The notes under the pieces were generated by a model. It was not told the DNA's origin. It was given only the letters and a program-made list of their open reading frames with translations, and did no database searches. From assembly GCA_045863395.1 (NCBI GenBank), contig BTVJ01000105.1, positions 1-24,038 on the forward strand: a stretch of DNA of 24,038 bases. The letters run 5' to 3'. The stretch is from Myxococcales bacterium. Lineage in GTDB: Bacteria > Myxococcota_A > UBA9042 > JABWCM01 > BTVJ01. The translations under genes were made by a program, and so were the position numbers. Shown here piece by piece: positions 15,301-24,036 of the stretch (its first letter is position 1; each line of letters opens with the position of its first letter).

Positions 15301-16332
15301 ATGGCCACCGGCTTCGACGGCATCCGCGGCCACGCCCGCGTCATCGACACGCTCCAGCGCGCCATCCGTGGCGACACGGTGGCGCACGCCTACCTGTTCG
15401 CGGGCCCGGAGGGGGTCGGTAAGGAGCTGGTCGCCCGCACCTTCGCCGCGGCGCTGGTCTGTGATCGCAGGCCCGACGGGCCGTGCGGCGTCTGCTCGGC
15501 GTGCGTGCGCGCGGGCCACGGCTCCCACCCGGACGTGGTCACCGTCTGGCGCACCCGCCTGGAGCGCAAGAGCGACGAGTGGGTGGAGACGGTGGTGCAG
15601 TTCATCACCATCGACCGCATCCGCGAGGTCTCGAAGGTGGCGCGCTACTCGCCGGTGGAGGCGCGGCAGCGGGTCATCCTGATCCGCGAGGCGGAGACGA
15701 TGAACGAGCCCGCGGCCAACGCGCTGCTCAAGACCCTGGAGGAGCCGGTCTCCGCGACCGTGTTCGTGCTCCTCACCGCGCGCCCGCACCTGCTGCTGCC
15801 GACGATCCTGAGCCGGTGCCAGCGGGTGTCCTTCGGCGCCCTGGACCGGGCGTCCATCCGCCAGATCCTCACGGAGGACCTGCCCGAGGGGCGCCGAGTG
15901 CCCGCGGACAAGGCGGACCTGGTCGCCGCCATGGCCGACGGCAGCGTGAGCGCGGCCCTCGCCCTCGTCGACACGGACGCCATCGGGCACCGGGAGGAGT
16001 GGCTCGACCGCTTCGTGTCCCTGAACGACGCCGCGCCGGACCAGGTGCTCGCGGTGGCGGCGGCCATGGCGGAGGACAAGGCCCGCATGGTGGTGGTCCT
16101 CGACCTCCTGCGCCTGTGGGTGCGGGACCTGCTGCTGGCACAGGCGGGGGCGTCGGCGGAGCTGCTGACCAACCACGACCGGGCGGCGGCGGTCGCTGCG
16201 CTGGCTGCGCGCCGGCCGGCGGACCGTCTGCTCGCGGACCTGGATCTGGTATCAGAGACCGAGCGCGCCCTGCGGGGCAACGTGAACCCGCGCCTGGCGG
16301 CGGAGCGACTGCTCCTGCGCATGGCCGCGTAG
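15301..16332 (+). CDS. holB: DNA polymerase III delta prime subunit
   Basis: HAYLFAGPEGVGK, Zn motif C...PCGVCSAC, HPDV, AANALLKTLEEP, LLPTILSRC. Confidence 0.95.
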   Translation: MATGFDGIRGHARVIDTLQRAIRGDTVAHAYLFAGPEGVGKELVARTFAAALVCDRRPDGPCGVCSACVRAGHGSHPDVVTVWRTRLERKSDEWVETVVQFITIDRIREVSKVARYSPVEARQRVILIREAETMNEPAANALLKTLEEPVSATVFVLLTARPHLLLPTILSRCQRVSFGALDRASIRQILTEDLPEGRRVPADKADLVAAMADGSVSAALALVDTDAIGHREEWLDRFVSLNDAAPDQVLAVAAAMAEDKARMVVVLDLLRLWVRDLLLAQAGASAELLTNHDRAAAVAALAARRPADRLLADLDLVSETERALRGNVNPRLAAERLLLRMAA

Positions 16333-16389
16333 GACGGCGGAGCGCTCCCTGCGTAGGGGGGCGCCCTTGCGGACGTACCGGAGCCCCCC

Positions 16390-17289
16390 ATGAACGCCGA
16401 CCCGGAGTTCCCCCTCCTCGACGCCCTCGACCAGGGCTTCCTCGCCCAGGTCCTCGCCGACCCCGACCTGGTGGTGGTCCGCCGCGTGAAGGCCAAGTTC
16501 GACACCACCAACCGGGTGGCGGACTTCCACGCGGGCGATCTCGTCTTGAGGACGGGCGACCGGGTGGTGGTGGAGACGGACAAGGGCACCAACGTCGCCA
16601 CGGTGGTGGGGACTCCCACCGCAGCGCTCGCCCCCCGCCGCTCCCTGCGACGCATCCTGCGCAAGGCCAGCGCGGAGGACCGCGGCCACCACGACTTCAA
16701 TGCCCAGAAGGAGCGCGAGGCCTTCCGGTACTGCCTGGAGCGCATCCGCGCCAGAAGCCTCGACATGAAGCTCGTCACGGTCGAGCTGATGCACAGCGAC
16801 AACAAGGCGATCTTCTACTTCAGCGCCGAGGGCCGCGTGGACTTCCGCGCCCTGGTCAAGGACCTGGCCGCCCACCTGTGGACGCGCATCGAGATGCGCC
16901 AGATAGGCATCCGCGACGAGGCCAAGATGGTCGGCGGCGTCGGGAGCTGCGGCCGGGAGCTGTGCTGCAGCACCTGGCTCCCGGAGTTCACCCCGGTGAC
17001 CATCAAGATGGCGAAGTACCAGGGCCTGGTGCTCAATCCGCAGAAGGTCAGCGGCCTGTGCGGTCGCCTGATGTGCTGCCTCGGCTACGAGCAGGACCAC
17101 TACATGGAGCTGCGCCGGAGCCTGCCGCGGGTGGGTGCGACGGTGAGCACCCCAGACGGGGTCGGCCGGGTCAAGGAGCTGCACCTGCTCAAGAAGCAGG
17201 TGCGCGTCCTCGTCGGTGAGACGCTGAGCACCTGGGACGTGGATCGGGTGGCCCCTGCCGAGGCGGCGCCAGCAGAGGACGACCCGTAG
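16390..17289 (+). CDS. ricT: PSP1-domain protein RicT/YaaT
   Basis: FYFSAEGRVDFRALVKDLA, RIEMRQIGIRDEAK, GSCGRELCC, SGLCGRLMCCLGYE. Directly follows holB, its usual position. Confidence 0.9.
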   Translation: MNADPEFPLLDALDQGFLAQVLADPDLVVVRRVKAKFDTTNRVADFHAGDLVLRTGDRVVVETDKGTNVATVVGTPTAALAPRRSLRRILRKASAEDRGHHDFNAQKEREAFRYCLERIRARSLDMKLVTVELMHSDNKAIFYFSAEGRVDFRALVKDLAAHLWTRIEMRQIGIRDEAKMVGGVGSCGRELCCSTWLPEFTPVTIKMAKYQGLVLNPQKVSGLCGRLMCCLGYEQDHYMELRRSLPRVGATVSTPDGVGRVKELHLLKKQVRVLVGETLSTWDVDRVAPAEAAPAEDDP

Positions 17290-17375
17290 ACGCGGCTCTC
17301 TCCCCTGTGGAGCATCCGGCATTCGTCCGGTCGCGGGAGGCCCGAGGCCGCAGTGCTTACTCTGGAAGGTGCGCC

Positions 17376-18206
17376 ATGAACCGTGAGCCGTTGCAGCTCA
17401 TCGACTCCCACTGCCACCTGGACTACAAGGGCCACGACGACGAGCGGGAGGCGGCCATCGTGCGCGCCCGGGAGGCGGGGGTCGTGCAGATGGTCAACGT
17501 GGAGTCGCGGAGCTCGCTGGTCGCCTGCGAGAAGACCGTGGCCATCGCGCGGCAGCACGACGACGTGTTCGCCGTCATCGGGTTCCACCCGCACGACGCG
17601 CGGCTGATCGACGACGCCGCCATGGCGGGGCTCCGCGCCCTGGCCGCCGACCCCCGCGTCGTCGCCATCGGGGAGACCGGGCTCGACTACCACTACGACC
17701 ACAGCCCGCGGGAGGAGCAGCGGGACGGGTTCCGGCGGTTCCTGAGGCTGGCGCGGGAGCTGGACTTGCCCGTCGTCGTCCACACGCGCGAGGCGGAGGA
17801 GGACACCCTCGCCATCCTGCGGGAGGAGGGCATCGGGCCTGCGGGTGGCGTCATCCACTGCTTCACGGGCACCCTCGGCATGGCGGAGGCGTGCGTGGAG
17901 CTCGGGTGGCACGTCTCCATCTCGGGCATCGTTACGTTCAAGAACGCCGGGGACATCCCCGAAGTGGCGCGGCGGGTGCCTCTGGACCGGCTCCTCGTCG
18001 AGACCGACTCGCCCTTCCTGGCGCCGCTCCCGCACCGGGGGCGCAAGAACGAGCCGGCCTTCGTCACCCACGTGGCCGCGAAGGTGGCCGAGCTGCGGGA
18101 GCTGCCGCTCCCCGCGCTGGCCGCCGCAACCGTCGCGAACACCCGGCGGCTGTTTCGGCTGCCGTCCCCGGGTTCTCCACACGTCGGGGCGGAGAACCCG
18201 TCGTGA
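17376..18206 (+). CDS. tatD: TatD-family DNase/hydrolase
   Basis: IDSHCHLD, GFHPH, IGETGLDY, VHTRE, HCFTG, ETDSPFLAP.P.RGRKNEP. Confidence 0.95.
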   Translation: MNREPLQLIDSHCHLDYKGHDDEREAAIVRAREAGVVQMVNVESRSSLVACEKTVAIARQHDDVFAVIGFHPHDARLIDDAAMAGLRALAADPRVVAIGETGLDYHYDHSPREEQRDGFRRFLRLARELDLPVVVHTREAEEDTLAILREEGIGPAGGVIHCFTGTLGMAEACVELGWHVSISGIVTFKNAGDIPEVARRVPLDRLLVETDSPFLAPLPHRGRKNEPAFVTHVAAKVAELRELPLPALAAATVANTRRLFRLPSPGSPHVGAENPS

Positions 18207-18285
18207 TTCCGCGCGAGTTCGTGTCAAGCCTTATTCTTGGCCCTCTCCAGCGCGCCCTGCTGCCGGCGCGCCTTGTGGATGCCCT

Positions 18286-19854
18286 GTGGAAAACACTGCC
18301 GATCTCATCCTGATCAATACCCGGGTGCGCCGCCCCGGGCACCCCGTCGCCAGCGGCATCGCGCTCGGGGGTGGGCGAGTCCTGGGCGTGGGCACGACGG
18401 CCGAGCTGATGGGACTCGCCGGGCGTCGCACCCGGCGCGTGGCCCTGGACGGGGTCGTCGTCCCTGGCCTGGTCGACTCCCACTGCCACCTGGTCGGGCT
18501 GGCGCGGACCCTCGCCGCCGCGGACCTGCGGGGGGCGAGCCCCGCGGAGCTGGTGGGGCGCGCGGTGGAACATGCGAGCACGCTCCCGCCCGACGTCTGG
18601 GTGGAGGGCAGCGGCTGGGATCAGGCGCGCTGGCCCAGCGGCGCGCTCCCCACCCACCACGCGCTGAGCGCCGCCCTCGACCGTCCGGCCGTGCTGTGGC
18701 GCGTCGACGGCCACGCGATCCTCGTCAACGCGGCCGCCCTGGCCGCGGCCGCCATCACCGCCGAGACGCCGGACCCGCCGGACGGGCGCATCGTCCGCGA
18801 CGCCGTCGGCGATCCAACGGGGGTGCTCATCGACGGAGCGATGCGCCCGGTGCTGGAGCGGGTCCCGCCACCGGCGCCCGCGCGGCTCCGCGCGTTGGTG
18901 GCCGAAGCCCTGAAGGTGGTGGCGGCGGCGGGCATCACGGGGGTCCACGACATGGGGTTGCGGGAGCCGGAGCTCTCCCTCTTGCGCCAGATGGACGAGG
19001 CACGCGACCTGACGTGCCGTGTCCACGCGTACATCGACGGAGAGCAGCCCGACTGGCGCCAGGCCGTCGCCGAACCTCCGTGGCGGGGACGCCTCCTGAC
19101 CGTGAGCGGGGTCAAGCTCTTCCAGGACGGCGCCCTCGGCTCCTGGGGGGCGGCCCTGGACGCCCCCTACTGCGACGACCCGGCCTGTCAGGGGCTCACA
19201 CTGCACGAGCCCGACGACCTCCTGGAGCGCGTCCTGTTCGCCACAGAGGCGGGTCACCAGGTCGCGGTCCACGCCATCGGGGACCGGGCCTTCGGGCAGG
19301 TGCTGGATGCGTTCGCCCAGCTCCCCCCCAGGCGCCGCCCCCGGGTCGAGCACGCCCAGGTGGCGTCGCCGGCCCTGCTGTCCCGCGCCGCGCGCCTCGG
19401 CGCCATTCTGTCCATGCAGCCGCTCCACGCGCTGGACGACGCCCCGTTCGCCGAGCGGCGCCTGGGCAGAGACCGCATGGCCTTGGCCTACGCCTGGGGA
19501 GAGGCCGCCCGCGTCGACTGTCCCGTCATCCTGGGCTCCGACTTCCCGGTGTCGCGCCTCGACCCCCTCTCCAGTCTGGCGGTCGCCACGGGCCACCACC
19601 CGGCGCTCCCCCTGCGCCCGGGGCAGGCGCTGAGCCCGGACCAGGCCCTCTGGGGTGCCACCCAGGGGCCGGCGTGGGCCACCTTTGCCTCTCACGCAGG
19701 CGTGCTCCAGCCGGGCTCGCCGGCGGACCTGACCATCCTGGACGTCGACCCCGTGGCCATGCCCTACGCCACGCGGACCGCCCGGGTCCTCGCCACGGTG
19801 GTCGGGGGCCGCATGGTCTGGCGCCACCCCGAGGCTCCGTTCAAGACGCTGTGA
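18286..19854 (+). CDS. YtcJ-like amidohydrolase (Amidohydro_3)
   Basis: PGLVDSHCH, RVDGH, KLFQDGALGS, VHAIGD, RVEHAQ, GSDFPV, PGSPADL. GTG start inferred. Confidence 0.88.
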   Translation: MENTADLILINTRVRRPGHPVASGIALGGGRVLGVGTTAELMGLAGRRTRRVALDGVVVPGLVDSHCHLVGLARTLAAADLRGASPAELVGRAVEHASTLPPDVWVEGSGWDQARWPSGALPTHHALSAALDRPAVLWRVDGHAILVNAAALAAAAITAETPDPPDGRIVRDAVGDPTGVLIDGAMRPVLERVPPPAPARLRALVAEALKVVAAAGITGVHDMGLREPELSLLRQMDEARDLTCRVHAYIDGEQPDWRQAVAEPPWRGRLLTVSGVKLFQDGALGSWGAALDAPYCDDPACQGLTLHEPDDLLERVLFATEAGHQVAVHAIGDRAFGQVLDAFAQLPPRRRPRVEHAQVASPALLSRAARLGAILSMQPLHALDDAPFAERRLGRDRMALAYAWGEAARVDCPVILGSDFPVSRLDPLSSLAVATGHHPALPLRPGQALSPDQALWGATQGPAWATFASHAGVLQPGSPADLTILDVDPVAMPYATRTARVLATVVGGRMVWRHPEAPFKTL

Positions 19855-19879
19855 CGCACGGCTGACCCATCGAGACCCG

Positions 19880-21067
19880 CTACTCCCGCGGCCCGTGGGT
19901 GGAGTCGAGGCGCTCCAGGTGCTGCTTCTCGCGGGTGTCCCCATGGGACACGTTGGCCATGAGCACGGAGACGGGCCGCGTCTTCGGGAAGTGCTCGAGC
20001 GCGATGCGGAGCGTCACCATGAGCGGCACGGCGAGGACCATGCCCAGGATGCCCCAGAGCCACCCCCAGAAGGCCAGGGCGACCAGGATCAGGAGCGGGC
20101 TCAGGTTCAGGTTGCGCCCCTGCAGGGCCGGCTCCAGCAGGTTGCCGAAGCCCATCTGCACGGTGGTCAAGAGCAGCCCGAGCCAGAGCGCCGTCCATGG
20201 CGAGGGGAACTGGAGCAGCGCAATGCCCATGGGCGCGATGGTGGCGAGGATGGACCCGACATAGGGCACGAAGTTGAAGAGGAACACGCTCACGCCGAGC
20301 AGGAACCAGAAGTCGAGCCCGAAGGCGGCCATGATGGCGATGGCCGCGGCGGCGGTGGCCGCGCTGACGATGACCTTGAGCACGATGTAGCGCTGCACGC
20401 TGGCGTTGATCGCGCCCATCACGTCGAGGAGCCTCGTCGCCCGCTCCTCCCCGTAGGCGAGCTGGATGCGCTGGGGCAGCCGCTCCACCTCCAGCAGCAC
20501 GAAGACCAGGAAGAACCCCACCACGAACAGGTTGCCGACGAAGCCCAGGAACATGGTGGTGCCGCCCCCGAGCACCTGCGCGGCGAAGTCGTCGGGCAGC
20601 CGCGCCAGCACGCTCTCGACGCTGATGCGCTCGTCGGGTTGCACCATGCGCACGCGCCGGGCGAGGTCGGTCGCGGTGGCCTCCAGGCGGGAGAGGTTGT
20701 CCTTGTAGGAGTCCAGGTTGTCGAGGAAGCGCTGCACGTTGAGGGCGACCAGCTCCCCGATGAGGTAGAGGGTCGTCACGATCCCGAGTACGGCAATCGT
20801 ATACGCGAGCGCCCGGGGCAGGCCCCGCCGCACCAGCACGTTGACCACGGGCAGGATCAGGTACGCGAGGAACACCGCGATGGCCAGGGGCTGGAGGACC
20901 GAGGACAGGGCATCCAGCACGACCGTCGCCAACACCAGCACCACGGCGCCCAGGACGACGGCGAAGAAGCGCAGGATGGACCGCAGCTCCTCCACCGAGC
21001 GGCGGCGGCGGTCCCAGGCGCTGTCGTCGGGTTGGGCCTCTTCGCGCTCGGTGGGCTCGTTGCTCAC
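19880..21067 (-). CDS. AI-2E family transporter
   Basis: PLAIAVFLAYLILP, FNFVPYVGS, GNLLEP..QGRNLNLSP, FWGWLWGILGMVLAVPL. Confidence 0.92.
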   Translation of the reverse strand: MSNEPTEREEAQPDDSAWDRRRRSVEELRSILRFFAVVLGAVVLVLATVVLDALSSVLQPLAIAVFLAYLILPVVNVLVRRGLPRALAYTIAVLGIVTTLYLIGELVALNVQRFLDNLDSYKDNLSRLEATATDLARRVRMVQPDERISVESVLARLPDDFAAQVLGGGTTMFLGFVGNLFVVGFFLVFVLLEVERLPQRIQLAYGEERATRLLDVMGAINASVQRYIVLKVIVSAATAAAAIAIMAAFGLDFWFLLGVSVFLFNFVPYVGSILATIAPMGIALLQFPSPWTALWLGLLLTTVQMGFGNLLEPALQGRNLNLSPLLILVALAFWGWLWGILGMVLAVPLMVTLRIALEHFPKTRPVSVLMANVSHGDTREKQHLERLDSTHGPRE

Positions 21068-21134
21068 GGAGGGGAACGTAGCACGAGGCCACCGGAGGCG
21101 TCACCCGCGGCGCGGTCCACCGCTTCGTCCAGGT

Positions 21135-22031
21135 TCACTGCGCCCAGAGCAGGATGACCGCGGTGCCGAGCAGCGCGGCGCCCCCCCCCACGATGCGCCG
21201 CTGGGACAGGCTCTCGCCAAGGAAGACGTGGGCCAGGAGCAGGGTGAAGATCACGGACATCTGGCTGAGGATCGACGACACGGAGGCCGTCGTGTACTTC
21301 ATGCCGCCGAGCCACAGGATCATGGACACGTAGGTCCCGAGGAAGGTGGCGGGCAGGAGCGTTCGCCACACCGGCTGAGGGCGGAAGATGCGCAGCAGCA
21401 CGCGCCCGTTCGGCAGGGGCGCGAGCATCAGGAGCAGGGCGGCGGTGCCCGCCAGGAGCCGGATGGTCGTCACCTCGACGAGGTTGCTCCTCTCCAGCGC
21501 CGGCTTGGCGATCACGATGCCGAAGGCCATGAAGCACTCGGCGAGCAGCGCGATGCCCACGGCCCGGAGCTGGGCCCGGCGCGGGAGCGCGGACGCGGGG
21601 CTGGGCGTGCCGGGCCGCTGCCAGGTCGCGAGGGCCACCCCGAGCACCACGAGGGCGGCCCCCGCCAGGAAGGCCATGCCGATGGACTCCCCGAGCAGCC
21701 ACGTGGAGAAGAGCACGACCAGGGGGGCATAGACGCAGCCGGTGATGGCGAGGAGGCCGGGCCCGATGCGGCGGAGCGCCGTGAAGAACATGGTGTCGGC
21801 GATGGCGATGCCCAGCACGCCGCTGACGATGAGGCGCGCCCAGTCCTCGCTGCTGCGGCCGGTGTCAACGGTGATGCCCGCGACGAGCATCGTGACTCCG
21901 AGGAGCCCCAGCGTCACGGTGTTCTTGTAGAGATTGATACTGGCGGGGGAGACCGCCTCGGAGCGCTTGAAGAGGATGACTCCCGTGGCCCAGGTCAGCG
22001 CGCACCCGAGGGACAGAAGCTCACCCAACAT
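21135..22031 (-). CDS. DMT/EamA-family transporter
   Basis: Ten hydrophobic segments in two repeats, each ending (W/F)LGE...G. Confidence 0.9.
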   Translation of the reverse strand: MLGELLSLGCALTWATGVILFKRSEAVSPASINLYKNTVTLGLLGVTMLVAGITVDTGRSSEDWARLIVSGVLGIAIADTMFFTALRRIGPGLLAITGCVYAPLVVLFSTWLLGESIGMAFLAGAALVVLGVALATWQRPGTPSPASALPRRAQLRAVGIALLAECFMAFGIVIAKPALERSNLVEVTTIRLLAGTAALLLMLAPLPNGRVLLRIFRPQPVWRTLLPATFLGTYVSMILWLGGMKYTTASVSSILSQMSVIFTLLLAHVFLGESLSQRRIVGGGAALLGTAVILLWAQ

Positions 22032-22107
22032 CGGACGCGTCCTTGGCGGTGCCCGTGGCGCGGGCGGGGGTTGCGCGTCCCGAGCGCCGCGTCACGGACA
22101 GCCGGCC

Positions 22108-22770
22108 TCAGGCCTTGATGGCCTGCCCCTCTTTCTTGTGCGAGGCCTCGATGTAGACGACGCCGCTGGTCGCACCGGGGATGGCGCCCTTCACCAGCAC
22201 CAGGTTGCGCGACGGCACGACGCCGACCACCTTCAGGTTCTGGACCGTGCGGCGGGCGTTGCCGTACTGGCCCGGCATGCCCTTGCCCTTCATGGTGCGG
22301 CCCGGGTACGTGTTGGAGCCCGCCGAGCCGCCGTGGCGCATGTACTCGTGGGTGCCGTGGGTGATGTTGTGGGACCCCTTGAAGTTGCAGCGCTTCATGA
22401 CGCCCGCGAACCCGCGGCCCTTGGTCGTCCCCGTCACGTCCACGAAGTCGCCCACCTGGAACATGGCGCAGGTGAGCTCGTCGCCCTCGGACACGTCCTC
22501 CACGTACTCCTCACGGAGGCGGAACTCGTGCAGGTGCCGCTTGGGGGCGGCGCCGTGGGCCTTGAACACACCGAGCTCGGGCTTGTTCAGCTTTCGCTCC
22601 TCGATGTCCGAGAAGCCGAGCAGCATGGCGTTGTAGCCGTCCTTCCCCGTGCGGGTCTTCTTGCGGACCACCGTGCAGGGGCCCACCTCGATGACGGTCG
22701 CCGGAACCTGATTTCCCTCGTGGTCGAACAACTGCGTCATTCCGAGCTTACGACCGATGAGACCTCGCAT
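22108..22770 (-). CDS. rplC: 50S ribosomal protein L3
   Basis: MRGLIGRKLGMTQLF, DGYNA, VDVTGTTKGRGFAGVMKR, KGAIPG. SD-like GGAGAG upstream. Confidence 0.97.
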   Translation of the reverse strand: MRGLIGRKLGMTQLFDHEGNQVPATVIEVGPCTVVRKKTRTGKDGYNAMLLGFSDIEERKLNKPELGVFKAHGAAPKRHLHEFRLREEYVEDVSEGDELTCAMFQVGDFVDVTGTTKGRGFAGVMKRCNFKGSHNITHGTHEYMRHGGSAGSNTYPGRTMKGKGMPGQYGNARRTVQNLKVVGVVPSRNLVLVKGAIPGATSGVVYIEASHKKEGQAIKA

Positions 22771-22836
22771 GGCACTCTCTCCGCTTCTGTCGATAGGGCG
22801 CGGCCCGCAAAGGGGCCGTAACATCAAGGGCGCGCG

Positions 22837-22865
22837 TTTATACCAGCGCCGGGTGGTTGCGTCAA
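22837..22865 (-). promoter_or_regulatory. Strong sigma70-type promoter for rplC
   Basis: Minus strand TTGACG (22865-22860), 17 bp, TATAAA (22842-22837), with extended -10 TG. Confidence 0.75.
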
Positions 22866-22929
22866 CAGGGAGTTCAGGGGGGAGGCAGTGGGAGGAGGCG
22901 CGGGGGAGCCGTCGGGCCCCCCGCCTGGC

Positions 22930-24036
22930 TCACTTCACGCACTCTGGGCTCTGCTTGCCGTAGCACTTGCCCGCCGTGCACAGGTCCCCCACGGTGCAGG
23001 GGTCCCCGTCGTTGCAGAGCAGCCCGTCGATGGGCTCGTGGGCGCAGGCCCCCGTCTCGGGCACGCAGTAGTCCTTGGTGCAGGCGTTGCCGTCCTCGCA
23101 GATGGTGCCGCGGCACAGGTCCCCGCACTCCTGCTTGTACTGGTGCTCGCAGGTGCCGGTCATCGCGTCGCACCAGTCCCAGGTGCACTCGTCGCCGTCG
23201 TCGCAGGTGGCGGCGTCGTCGCAGGTCGTCGCGCACCCCGGGATGGGCTCGTGCTTGCACGTGCTGGTCGCCGGGTCGCACCAGTCCTCGGTGCACGCGT
23301 TGCCGTCGTGGCAGCCGAGGTCGCTCTTGCACGGTACGTCTCCGCAGCCGGGGATCTCTCCGTGCTTGCAGCTTGCCGTCGTGAGATCGCACCAGTCCTT
23401 GGTGCAAGGGTCGCCGTCGTCGCAGAGCGCGTCGTTCTTGCACGTGACGCCGCCGCAGCCGGGGATGAGCTCGTGCTTGCAGGTGGTGGTGGCGATGTCG
23501 CACCAGTCCTTGGTGCACGGGTCGCCGTCGTCGCAGACGAGGTCGTTCTTGCAGACGGTGCCGCCGCAGCCGGGGATCGGCTCGTGCTTGCAGGTGGTGG
23601 TGGCGAGGTCGCACCAGTCCTTGGTGCAGGAGTCGCCGTCATTGCACTCGAGGTCGCTCTTGCACGCCGCGCCGCCGCAGCCGGGGATCGGCTCGTGCTT
23701 GCAGGTGCTCGTGGCGAGGTCGCACCAGTCCTTGGTGCAGGCATCGCCGTCGTCGCAGCCGAGGTCGCTCTTGCACGCCGTGCCGCCGCAGCCGGGGATG
23801 AGCTCGTGCTTGCAGGTGGTGGTGGCGATGTCGCACCAGTCCTTGGTGCACGGGTCGCCGTCGTCGCAGACGAGGTCGTTCTTGCAGACGGTGCCGCCGC
23901 ACCCGGGGATGAGCTCGTGCTTGCAGGTGGTGGTCGTGATGTCGCACCAGTCCTTGGTGCAGGCATCGCCGTCGTCGCAGACCAGGTCGTTCTTGCAGAC
24001 GGTGCCGCCGCACCCGGGGATGAGCTCGTGCTTGCA
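22930..24036 (-). CDS. Partial (5'-truncated) cysteine-rich repeat protein with Dictyostelium CTDC-like repeats
   Basis: The frame of the listed 22930..23163 ORF stays open to the window end. It translates as CKHELIPGCGGTVCKNDLVCDDGDPCTKDWCDIATTT repeats (CDDGxxCTxDxC motif). Confidence 0.88.
   Translation of the reverse strand, partial: CKHELIPGCGGTVCKNDLVCDDGDACTKDWCDITTTTCKHELIPGCGGTVCKNDLVCDDGDPCTKDWCDIATTTCKHELIPGCGGTACKSDLGCDDGDACTKDWCDLATSTCKHEPIPGCGGAACKSDLECNDGDSCTKDWCDLATTTCKHEPIPGCGGTVCKNDLVCDDGDPCTKDWCDIATTTCKHELIPGCGGVTCKNDALCDDGDPCTKDWCDLTTASCKHGEIPGCGDVPCKSDLGCHDGNACTEDWCDPATSTCKHEPIPGCATTCDDAATCDDGDECTWDWCDAMTGTCEHQYKQECGDLCRGTICEDGNACTKDYCVPETGACAHEPIDGLLCNDGDPCTVGDLCTAGKCYGKQSPECVK
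23260..24036 (-). repeat. Tandem array of seven 111-bp (37-aa) coding repeats, followed by degenerate units
   Basis: The anchor CGTGCTTGCA occurs at 23250, 23361, 23472, 23583, 23694, 23805, 23916 and 24027, an exact 111-bp period. Confidence 0.95.

Noticed and set aside
22895..22926. GC-rich imperfect inverted repeat after the Cys-repeat gene as a terminator
   Set aside because: The stem is imperfect, there is no U-tract, and such pairing is easily obtained by chance at this GC content.
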